In this document: positions 7,349-14,717 of the stretch, one piece after another
Layout: each line of letters opens with the position of its first letter
Position numbering within the stretch: the stretch's first letter is position 1
Assembly (NCBI GenBank): GCA_035432945.1
Contig: DAORUA010000002.1
Location: 1-36,151, forward strand
DNA from: Vicinamibacteria bacterium
GTDB lineage: Bacteria > Acidobacteriota > Vicinamibacteria > Fen-336 > JAGNNV01
Direction of reading: 5' to 3'
Length of the DNA stretch: 36,151 bases
Translations under genes and position numbers: made by a program
The notes under the pieces: generated by a model
The model's input: only the letters and a program-made list of their open reading frames with translations
Database searches by the model: none
Told to the model about the DNA's origin: nothing

Positions 7349-10077
7349 GTCTCGTCTTGGTCAAACCGCAAACAACCCAGGTTCACGTCATCTCCCACAC
7401 CCACTGGGATCGCGAGTGGTACCTGACCCGCGAGGACTACCGGCTGCGCCTCATCGACCTCGTGGACGGCGTGCTCGACCGCATGGACCGGGACGACAAG
7501 TTCACGTTCTTCCATCTCGACGGCCAGACCATCGTGCTCGAGGACTACCTCGAGGTCAGGCCGGATCAGAAGGAGCGCCTGCGGCGGCGCATCGGCGGCG
7601 GGCGATTGCTGGTGGGCCCCTGGTACGTGATGCCCGACATGTTCCTGGTGAGCGGGGAAGCGCTGGTGCGCAATCTCGCCATCGGTCATCGCATCGCCGA
7701 GTCGTTCGGCGGGGTCATGCGCGCGGGCTACACGCCGGACCCTTTCGGCCACGTCGCCCAGATGCCGCAGATCCTCGCCGGGTTCGGTCTCGACAACGCG
7801 ATCCTCTGGCGCGGCTTCGGCGGACCCCGCTCGGAGTACATCTGGGAGGGCCACGACGGAACGAGGACGCTGCTCCTCCACTTCCCGCGCGAGGGCTACT
7901 GCAACGCGTTCCGGCTTCCCCTTCTTCCCCCCCCGGTTCGCGCGCTGGAGGCCGCCGAAGTGGTGGAGCGCGAGCGCGCCCGCTCCGCGGTCGGGGCGGT
8001 GCTCCTCATGGCCGGGATCGATCACACCGAACCCCACCCGGAACTCCTGACCCTGATCGGCGAGATCGGAGGCGGTGAAGGAGTGGCCGCGGCTCTCTCG
8101 ACCCTGCCTGCCTACGTCGATGGTGTCCGTTCCGCGGTGGCGGCCCGCGAGATCGCGCTCGAGGTCGTGCACGGCGAGCTTCGCGCGGGCGAGGATTACT
8201 CGAATCTTCTCCCCGGAGTTCTGTCCGCGCGGACCTATCTCAAGAAGAGCAACGTGCGCGCCCAGGCCCTGCTCGAGAAAGTCGTCGAGCCCCTGGCCCT
8301 GTTCGCCTGGCTCGCGGGGGAGGCCCATCCCACCGGCGTCCTCGCCTACGCCTGGAAGACGCTGATCGAGAACCACCCGCACGACAGCATCTGCGGCTGC
8401 AGCATCGACGAGGTCCACGACGAGAACGACACGCGTTTCGCGCGCGTGCTCCAAGCCGCGGAGGGGCAGAAGACGCGTTCCCTCAGGCACCTGGCCCGCC
8501 GCGTGGAGCCGGCACCCGAGGGCTCGGTCCGCTTCCTGGTCGTGAACACCGACATCCATTCCTTCGACGGCCCCGTCGACGTGATCGTGGATCTGCCCGT
8601 GGAGAGCGCCGAGCCGGGCCGCATGCTCGACTCCAGCCTGTTCGACGCGCCCCTCGCCTTCTTCCCCCGCGGATCCGCGATTCTCGCCATCACCGATCCC
8701 GAGGGCCGCGACGTGCCATTCCAGGAGATCCGGCGCGAGGAGCGGATCGAACAGTGGACGAGCCGCATCGAGCTGCCCCTCGCGGTTCGGGTCGAGCGCC
8801 TCCACCTCGCCTGCGCGGTCTCGCTTCCTTCCGCGGGATTCATCGCGTGCGACGCGCTGGTGGGCGCGCGGCCAGCGCCTTCCAGGTCGCCTTCCGCCTC
8901 GGGGCATTCCATCGAGAACGACCTTCTCCGGATCGAGGCGAACGACGACGGCACGCTCCACGTGCTCGACAAGAGATCCGGCGCGTCCTACGTGAACGTG
9001 CTCGAGGTCGAGGACGTGGGCGACGTGGGCGACGAGTACAACTTCTCGCCCCCCGCAAACGACTCGCGCCAGGCCACCCGAGGAGCGAGACGGGCCGCGA
9101 TCCACGTTCTCGCCCGCGGCCCTCGCCGCAGTGTTCTGCGCGTCGCCACCGCCCTCGAAGTGCCGCGCGCGGCCACCGCCGACCGGCATGGCCGCAGCGC
9201 CGAAACCACGACCCTCGAAACCGTCATCGAAATCGAAATCGACCAGGGATCGCCTGTGGTCGGGTGCCGCCTCAAGGTGGACAACCGCGCCAGCGATCAT
9301 CGCCTCCGCGTCCTCTTCCCGACCGGCGCCCGCGCCGTCACCGAGTCGCGCGCCGACACCGCGTTCGGGGTGGCGAGGAGGGCGGCTCAGCGCTTCGTGC
9401 CCACCGCCGCCATGCCGGAGCTACCGGTGAACGCGGCGCCCCTGCAGTCCTTCGTCGATGCCGGCGATGCGACCCGAGGCATGACCGTGCTGAGCGAAGG
9501 CCTCATGGAATACGAAGTCCTCCCGGCCGCCTCCGACACCGCCACCATCGGGCTCACCGTGCTGCGCTCCGTGGGCTGGCTCTCACGCGAAGACCTCGCC
9601 ACCAGACGCGGCAACGCCGGCCCGAGCCTTCCGACCCCGGGCGCCCAGTGCCTCGGCGTCCATGAGTTCCGGTTCGCGTTCGTACCGCGGGCCGAGCCGC
9701 CCTCGGAAGCCGAGTTGTGCGACCTGGGCCGGCGGTTCCTGGCGCCTCCGAGCGCGGTGGTCGGTACGGGCGGCCCCGCGGGCGGCTCGCCCCTGGGACG
9801 CCGCCACTCGTTCCTGACCCTGGATTGCGAGCCCGAGGCAGCCGTGGCGCTCAGCGCCCTCAAGAAAGCCGACGATCGGAACAGCGTGATCCTTCGCCTC
9901 TTCAACCCGGGCGATCGCCCGGTTGAAGCGCGGGTGATCACCGCCCGCCCCCTGACCGCCGCCTTCCGGACCAACCTTCGCGAGCAGCGCCAGCAGCCCG
10001 CGGAGGTCAAGGACGGTCGCGTGACCCTCGCCCTCGGCCCCCGCAAGATCGCGACGCTCGACCTCGAAAGCCACTGA
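7345..10077 (+). CDS. GH38 family glycoside hydrolase, MngB-like (alpha-mannosidase / mannosylglycerate hydrolase type)
   Basis: The GTG at 7345 overlaps the upstream stop (GTGA); a TTG at 7357 is an alternative start. The N-terminal motifs HVISHTHWDREWY, LDGQTIVLEDYLEV, GPWYVMPD and YTPDPFGH closely track the N-terminus of E. coli MngB as I recall it. About 910 aa, no signal peptide. Confidence 0.8.
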   Translation: MSLVLVKPQTTQVHVISHTHWDREWYLTREDYRLRLIDLVDGVLDRMDRDDKFTFFHLDGQTIVLEDYLEVRPDQKERLRRRIGGGRLLVGPWYVMPDMFLVSGEALVRNLAIGHRIAESFGGVMRAGYTPDPFGHVAQMPQILAGFGLDNAILWRGFGGPRSEYIWEGHDGTRTLLLHFPREGYCNAFRLPLLPPPVRALEAAEVVERERARSAVGAVLLMAGIDHTEPHPELLTLIGEIGGGEGVAAALSTLPAYVDGVRSAVAAREIALEVVHGELRAGEDYSNLLPGVLSARTYLKKSNVRAQALLEKVVEPLALFAWLAGEAHPTGVLAYAWKTLIENHPHDSICGCSIDEVHDENDTRFARVLQAAEGQKTRSLRHLARRVEPAPEGSVRFLVVNTDIHSFDGPVDVIVDLPVESAEPGRMLDSSLFDAPLAFFPRGSAILAITDPEGRDVPFQEIRREERIEQWTSRIELPLAVRVERLHLACAVSLPSAGFIACDALVGARPAPSRSPSASGHSIENDLLRIEANDDGTLHVLDKRSGASYVNVLEVEDVGDVGDEYNFSPPANDSRQATRGARRAAIHVLARGPRRSVLRVATALEVPRAATADRHGRSAETTTLETVIEIEIDQGSPVVGCRLKVDNRASDHRLRVLFPTGARAVTESRADTAFGVARRAAQRFVPTAAMPELPVNAAPLQSFVDAGDATRGMTVLSEGLMEYEVLPAASDTATIGLTVLRSVGWLSREDLATRRGNAGPSLPTPGAQCLGVHEFRFAFVPRAEPPSEAELCDLGRRFLAPPSAVVGTGGPAGGSPLGRRHSFLTLDCEPEAAVALSALKKADDRNSVILRLFNPGDRPVEARVITARPLTAAFRTNLREQRQQPAEVKDGRVTLALGPRKIATLDLESH

Positions 10078-10125
10078 CCAGACGCGGAGATTCCGAGCGC
10101 ACGTGCCGCGAGAACCCATGGTCGT

Positions 10126-10168
10126 CATTGCGAGGGCCCAAGCCGTCCCGCGACGGCCCGAAGCAATC
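10126..10168. repeat. REP/MITE-like imperfect palindromic element (CATTGCGAGG...CGAAGCAATC) with a perfect inner hairpin GCCGTC-CCGC-GACGGC
   Basis: Outer arms ATTGC/GCAAT and the inner 6-bp stem are visible directly. It resembles the widespread GTCATTGCGAG...GAAGCAATC intergenic palindromes. It lies in a 317-bp non-coding gap. Confidence 0.4.
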
Positions 10169-10394
10169 CCGCGGCGAGAATGTCCCGGCCTTCACATGGC
10201 ATAGCCTTAGGGTCATGCCAGAAGCGCCCGACGACACCTGGGGCCGAAGAGGTCCGCATTGCAGCCGCTGAGCGGCCATCGCGGCTCAACGCAGGGTTCT
10301 CCCCACGACGCGGCATCGTGGTTGAGGGGGGCGGGTGACGGCCTGCAGACACATGCCAGCGCCCTGTTGACGGCGCGCATTCGCGGGAGCGTAC

Positions 10395-11300
10395 GTGACT
10401 TCACTTGAACATCGTCAGGTACAGGCCAATGGCATCCGCTTGCACGTCGCCACGGCGGGAGATCCCAAGAGACCAGCCGTGATGTTCCTCCACGGCTTCC
10501 CTGAGGGCTGGTCTTCGTGGCGCTCCATCATGGAAGCCCTGGCGGATGACTACTTCGTCCTCGCCCCCGACCTTCGAGGATACGGACAGAGCGACAAACC
10601 CGCAGACGGGTACGGGCTGATGACGTTGTCGGACGACATTCATGACCTCGTCGACCAGCTCACGGACCAGCCCATCACTTTGGTGGGTCAAGATTGGGGC
10701 GGGGCACTCACGTGGATCTATGGGCATCGCTTTGGGGAAACGTTGCGCCAGTTGGTGGTGGTCAATTGCCCCCACCCGCACACTTTTCTCAAGGCCGTGA
10801 TCGGAGGACAGGACTGGCAACGCTTTCGCAGCAGCTACATGGTGTTCTTCCAGATCCCGTGGCTGCCCGAGACCTTGCTTACGGGCGCGGGCTGTTGGTT
10901 GCTCCGACGAGGCTTCAAGCTCGCGGAAGGGACCAAGGGGGCCATGAACGCGGCGTTGGTCGACGAACTGATGGAGAGTTTCAGGACAAACCGTGACCTC
11001 ACCGGCCCCCTCAACTTCTATCGCGAGTTCGTGCGGAATCAGTTCAACAAGGCAGAGCGGACTCGGTTGATTACGGAGTTTGCGCGCCCCATTCCGGTTC
11101 CCTGCACGCTCCTCTGGGGGCAGAAGGACCAATTCCTGAGCGAAGACGTGGCCAGGAAGAGTCACGAGCAAGCGCACTGTGACGTCGAGTGGCGGCCTCT
11201 GCCTGCGGTGGGACACTTTGTGAGCATGGAGGCCCCGGACCAATTGCTGGCGGAACTCCGCCGGACGCTACCGGGCGCGGCTATTTCCGGTGCTTCGTGA
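10395..11300 (+). CDS. Alpha/beta-fold hydrolase, epoxide hydrolase / haloalkane dehalogenase-like (Asp nucleophile)
   Basis: GTG start. HGFPEGW oxyanion motif, GQDWGG nucleophile elbow, and a C-terminal VGHFVSMEAPD catalytic His region. Codon usage is visibly less GC3-biased than in neighbouring genes. Confidence 0.8.
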   Translation: MTSLEHRQVQANGIRLHVATAGDPKRPAVMFLHGFPEGWSSWRSIMEALADDYFVLAPDLRGYGQSDKPADGYGLMTLSDDIHDLVDQLTDQPITLVGQDWGGALTWIYGHRFGETLRQLVVVNCPHPHTFLKAVIGGQDWQRFRSSYMVFFQIPWLPETLLTGAGCWLLRRGFKLAEGTKGAMNAALVDELMESFRTNRDLTGPLNFYREFVRNQFNKAERTRLITEFARPIPVPCTLLWGQKDQFLSEDVARKSHEQAHCDVEWRPLPAVGHFVSMEAPDQLLAELRRTLPGAAISGAS

Positions 11301-12048
11301 TGCAGAGGTCGTACACGTAGCCGCCCAGCACGCCGCCGATCAGGGGACCCACGATGGGGACCCACCACCACGAGTTTCCCGCCGTGAAGACCTCGCCGCC
11401 CCAACCGGCGAGCGAGGTGAAGAGGCGGGGGCCGAGGTCGCGCGCGGGGTTGATGGCGTAGCCCGCGTTGAAGCCGAAGGTCATGCCGATGAGCACGACC
11501 GCGGCGCCGACCAGGATGGGCTGGAGGCGTCCTTCCGCCGCGAAGTTCTTCTGGTCACCCAGGGCGAGGACCAACAGCAGGAGGAGAGCGGTGCCGACGA
11601 TCTGATCGACGAGACCGCCGGGAACGTTGCTCAGGAAGTCCTGCGGGTAGGTGGCGAAGATTCCCGCGGTGGCTTTGGCTCCGGTCACGAAGCGGGTGCC
11701 GCCGTCGAAATGGTTGAAGGCGTCGCGGTAGGTCACGAACGTGACCAGGGCGCCGGTGAAAGCACCCGCGGTCTGCGCGAGGCAATAGGGGATCACCTTC
11801 GACCAGGCGAAGCCGCGGTGAACGGCGAGAGCCACGGTCACGGCCGGGTTCAGGTGCGCGCCGGAGACTCCGGCCGAAACGTAGATGGCCATGGTGACCC
11901 CGAGACCCCATCCCAGGTTGATGGAGAGGTAGGACCCGTTGGCGCCACCGGAGAGAACCACCTGGGCCACCACCGCCGAACCGAAGATGATGAGGACGCA
12001 GGTTCCGAGGAATTCCGCGAGCGCTTCCCGCGCCGTGCCCGTCAGCAT
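11281..12048 (-). CDS. glpF: MIP-family aquaglyceroporin (glycerol uptake facilitator)
   Basis: 255 aa with two NPA boxes (HLNPAVT and INPARD) and six hydrophobic segments. Overall GlpF-like sequence including the WWWVPIVGP C-terminal region. Confidence 0.9.
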   Translation of the reverse strand: MLTGTAREALAEFLGTCVLIIFGSAVVAQVVLSGGANGSYLSINLGWGLGVTMAIYVSAGVSGAHLNPAVTVALAVHRGFAWSKVIPYCLAQTAGAFTGALVTFVTYRDAFNHFDGGTRFVTGAKATAGIFATYPQDFLSNVPGGLVDQIVGTALLLLLVLALGDQKNFAAEGRLQPILVGAAVVLIGMTFGFNAGYAINPARDLGPRLFTSLAGWGGEVFTAGNSWWWVPIVGPLIGGVLGGYVYDLCITKHRK

Positions 12049-12055
12049 GTCTTCC

Positions 12056-13444
12056 TCATTTCTGTGTGGTCCTCTTTGGGCCGATCTCCAGGGTCACCGG
12101 GGCGCCGTCCAGGGGCAGCGCCGCGCTGCCCGCCCAGGAGAAGAGACTCGGTTCCGGCAGGTCCGATGCGCTCATCAGGAATACCTTGTTGACTCGCCGC
12201 AGATACGCCGGGCCCGGCGGGTTCTGCGGAGGAGCCTCATCCTTCCTTGGAGGCCGGGCGTGAGCGCGGACCTGCAGGGAGACGATCTCGGCGGCTGTGG
12301 TTCCGAGGGGCAGCGCCACCGACCCCCGAAAGCAGCTGTTCGGGAAGTTGTCGGGCGACCGCGAGATCCGGAACTCCTTCACGCCGTAGGTCGAGTCGAA
12401 GAACCGCCGCGCCCGGCCCCCGCCGGAGACGCCGAGGGAGAAGGTGAAGGTGGCGAAGGTGGTGTCGTCGGAGGCGGTGCACAGTTCGACCACCGCGTAC
12501 CGGCTGGGGTCGAAGATGCGCTTGGAGCCGGGCCGGGGCGACGCCGCCACCCTCCGCTCCCGTCGGGCCTCCTGGGCGGTGACCGCGTAGGTCCAGGGGT
12601 TTTCATCCATGACCTTCTCGCGGGAGGCGTCAGTGAGGTCGAACGCCACCGGCGCGGGCGCGAAGCGCTGTTCCGTGGTCCCGGCGTCCTTGACCATGTT
12701 GTTGTCGGTGACGACGTAGAGCAGGGGATGCCGGCCCTCGCGCCGGCCCTTGAAGGGCACGATCTCGTGGTCCTTGCCCTGGAAGGTTTCCTCGATCACC
12801 CGTCCCGCGCCGTCGAACTCGATGCCGTACACGTACTCGATGTCGGTGAGCCGCCCCCAGGTGGCGAGCAGGCGGTCCGCGGGCGTGCCTCCATCCTCGT
12901 TGCTGAAGATCACCGAATACCGGATTCGCGAGCCACGCTCGGTGCGGTCGATCTCGTACCACATGAGGAGGGGAACGTCGGTGAAGCGGCCGACCGTGTT
13001 GGGCCGGGCGTAGAGGATGGGGGCCAGTTCCACCGCGGCGCGTTCCGGGCTCGCGGCGGGAACCGCGGTCAGGGTCACCCGCGAGATCTCGACCGACTTC
13101 GGCGCCTTGAGCCACGCTCCGGTGTCGCGAGCGAGGGTCAGGGAGTGCTTTCCCGCGGGGAGCGGACCGAGCATGACCTTGTACTCCGAGGCCGAAGCGC
13201 CGCGGGTGAGGAACAGATGCTGCGAGTACTTCCCGTCCACCTCGAGCCGAAGCACCGCGGCCTCGTGTCCGGGCCTGCCCCAGTCGCAGCCGTCGCAGGA
13301 GGCGGTGATGCTCGCGATGACTTCGGCGCCCTCCTCGAGCTTGAAGGCCTCGTCCCGGATGACGGTGTCCGCGGAAGGAGCGGCCCCGGCGGCGACGGCG
13401 GAAACGACGCTCAGGAACGCGGCGCGCAACCAGGGTCTCATCAT
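12056..13444 (-). CDS. Secreted hypothetical protein (no family recognised), co-oriented 7 nt upstream of glpF
   Basis: Start chosen at ATGATG (13439-13444), which gives the signal peptide MMRPWLRAAFLSVVSAVAAGAAPSA. The ORF-track extension to 13864 is Arg/Pro/Gly-rich and overlaps the divergent ABC ATPase gene, so it is treated as spurious. Coding-like composition runs throughout the 462 aa. Contains a CDGCDW motif. Confidence 0.65.
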   Translation of the reverse strand: MMRPWLRAAFLSVVSAVAAGAAPSADTVIRDEAFKLEEGAEVIASITASCDGCDWGRPGHEAAVLRLEVDGKYSQHLFLTRGASASEYKVMLGPLPAGKHSLTLARDTGAWLKAPKSVEISRVTLTAVPAASPERAAVELAPILYARPNTVGRFTDVPLLMWYEIDRTERGSRIRYSVIFSNEDGGTPADRLLATWGRLTDIEYVYGIEFDGAGRVIEETFQGKDHEIVPFKGRREGRHPLLYVVTDNNMVKDAGTTEQRFAPAPVAFDLTDASREKVMDENPWTYAVTAQEARRERRVAASPRPGSKRIFDPSRYAVVELCTASDDTTFATFTFSLGVSGGGRARRFFDSTYGVKEFRISRSPDNFPNSCFRGSVALPLGTTAAEIVSLQVRAHARPPRKDEAPPQNPPGPAYLRRVNKVFLMSASDLPEPSLFSWAGSAALPLDGAPVTLEIGPKRTTQK

Positions 13445-13494
13445 TTTTGGGTGGCGGGGAGTATAGAGTCGCGCCCCACGAGTCAACCAGAACC

Positions 13495-14550
13495 ATGAGA
13501 GTCCGCTTCGAGAAAGTCGGCAAGAGGTTCGGCGCTCATCGCGCGCTGCGCGATATCGATCTCGACATCGAGCCCGGCGAGTGCCTGGTGCTCCTCGGCC
13601 CCTCGGGCTGCGGCAAGACCACCCTCCTGCGGCTCCTCGCCGGCCTCGAAGACGCGGACACCGGCCGGATCCTGATCGGCGATCGGGACGTGGCCGAGGT
13701 CCGGCCCGCCGATCGGGACGTGGCCATGGTCTTCCAGAACTACGCGCTCTACCCGCACCTCTCCGTCTTCGAGAATGTGGCGTTCCCCCTGCGGGCCCGG
13801 CGTACCGCCCCCGAGGAACTCGACCGCCGGGTCCGCGCCGCCCTCGAGCGCATGGAACTGACACCCCTGGCGGACCGAAAGCCGAGCCAGCTCTCCGGAG
13901 GCCAGCAGCAGAGGGTGGCGCTCGCGCGGGCCCTGGTCCGGAACCCGGCCGTGTATCTGATGGACGAGCCCCTGTCCAATCTCGACGCCCAGCTTCGCCT
14001 GCAGACCCGGACCGAGCTCCGGCGCCTTCAGCAGGAGCTCCGCACCACCACTGTCTACGTCACTCACGACCAGAGCGAGGCCATGACCCTGGGCGACCGG
14101 ATCGCGCTCCTGCGCGACGGCGCCCTCGAACAGGTGGGACCGCCCCTCGAGCTGTATCGGCGGCCGGCCAGCCGCTTCGTGGCCGCCTTTCTGGGAAGTC
14201 CGCCGATCAACATCTGGCCCGCGGCGGCGGCAGCGGACGGCGGTCTTCGGGCCGCGGGGGTCGGGTTCGGCCCGGGTCCGCAGGGCCTCTCCGCCCGGCT
14301 CGATATCGGCGTCCGCCCCGAGGACGTCGAGGTCTTCGCGGAGGCCGGCCCTTCGAAAGTCGAGGGGACGGTGCTCCTTTCCGAGCCCATGGGGAACGAG
14401 ACCATCGTGACCCTGATCAGCGAGGGGGCGAGGGTGGTCGCCCGCGCCTCCGCCGACTTCGGCGTGCGCCCCGGGAGCCCGGTGTTCTTCTCCATCGCCC
14501 CCGGTAGAGCCCTGTATTTCGACGGGGAGAGCGGACGCCGGCTCGCCTGA
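13495..14550 (+). CDS. ABC transporter ATP-binding protein, MalK/UgpC/MsmX type with a C-terminal TOBE-like regulatory domain
   Basis: Start at MRVRFEKVGKRFG. Walker A GPSGCGKTT, signature LSGGQQQRVALARAL, Walker B YLMDEPLSNLD, H-loop YVTHDQ. A MalK-like C-terminal domain is present. Confidence 0.9.
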   Translation: MRVRFEKVGKRFGAHRALRDIDLDIEPGECLVLLGPSGCGKTTLLRLLAGLEDADTGRILIGDRDVAEVRPADRDVAMVFQNYALYPHLSVFENVAFPLRARRTAPEELDRRVRAALERMELTPLADRKPSQLSGGQQQRVALARALVRNPAVYLMDEPLSNLDAQLRLQTRTELRRLQQELRTTTVYVTHDQSEAMTLGDRIALLRDGALEQVGPPLELYRRPASRFVAAFLGSPPINIWPAAAAADGGLRAAGVGFGPGPQGLSARLDIGVRPEDVEVFAEAGPSKVEGTVLLSEPMGNETIVTLISEGARVVARASADFGVRPGSPVFFSIAPGRALYFDGESGRRLA

Positions 14551-14564
14551 CGCGTTCAAAGATC

Positions 14565-14576
14565 TGGAACGTTCCA
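14565..14576. promoter_or_regulatory. Candidate operator: perfect 12-bp palindrome TGGAACGTTCCA (copy 1)
   Basis: Perfect inverted repeat lying 28 nt upstream of the promoter-like -35. The identical 12-mer recurs at 26961-26972, upstream of the other receptor paralogue. Confidence 0.5.
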
Positions 14577-14603
14577 AGGCGCGTCGCTTCAGGCCGAACC
14601 GGG

Positions 14604-14633
14604 TTGACAGCCGGGAAGGCCGCAGCGTATGTT
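14604..14633 (+). promoter_or_regulatory. Sigma-70-like promoter candidate, TTGACA-18 nt-TATGTT
   Basis: Consensus -35 TTGACA (14604-14609) and a -10-like TATGTT (14628-14633). It sits about 85 nt upstream of the receptor ATG, which itself has a GAGGAG Shine-Dalgarno at 14708-14713. Confidence 0.45.
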
Positions 14634-14717
14634 GCCCCACAACCGTCAAGAGGGCGTAGCGGGGATGTCTTGGCACCTCGCGATGATTCGTCCTCCGATC
14701 AACCACTGAGGAGAGAC

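Noticed and set aside
10078-10394. Small ORFs (63-90 aa, minus strand), or a possible sRNA or riboswitch, in the 317-bp gap upstream of the alpha/beta hydrolase.
   Set aside because: The ORFs overlap one another, lack ribosome-binding sites and have non-coding-like composition. I recognise no riboswitch consensus. Only the palindromic element is reported.
13681-13725. Exact 15-bp direct repeat GATCGGGACGTGGCC at 13681-13695 and 13711-13725 inside the ABC ATPase gene.
   Set aside because: It encodes DRDVA twice in GDRDVAEVRPADRDVAMVFQ. That segment has the same length as the equivalent MalK region, so there is no duplication or insertion. It is most likely coincidental codon reuse.
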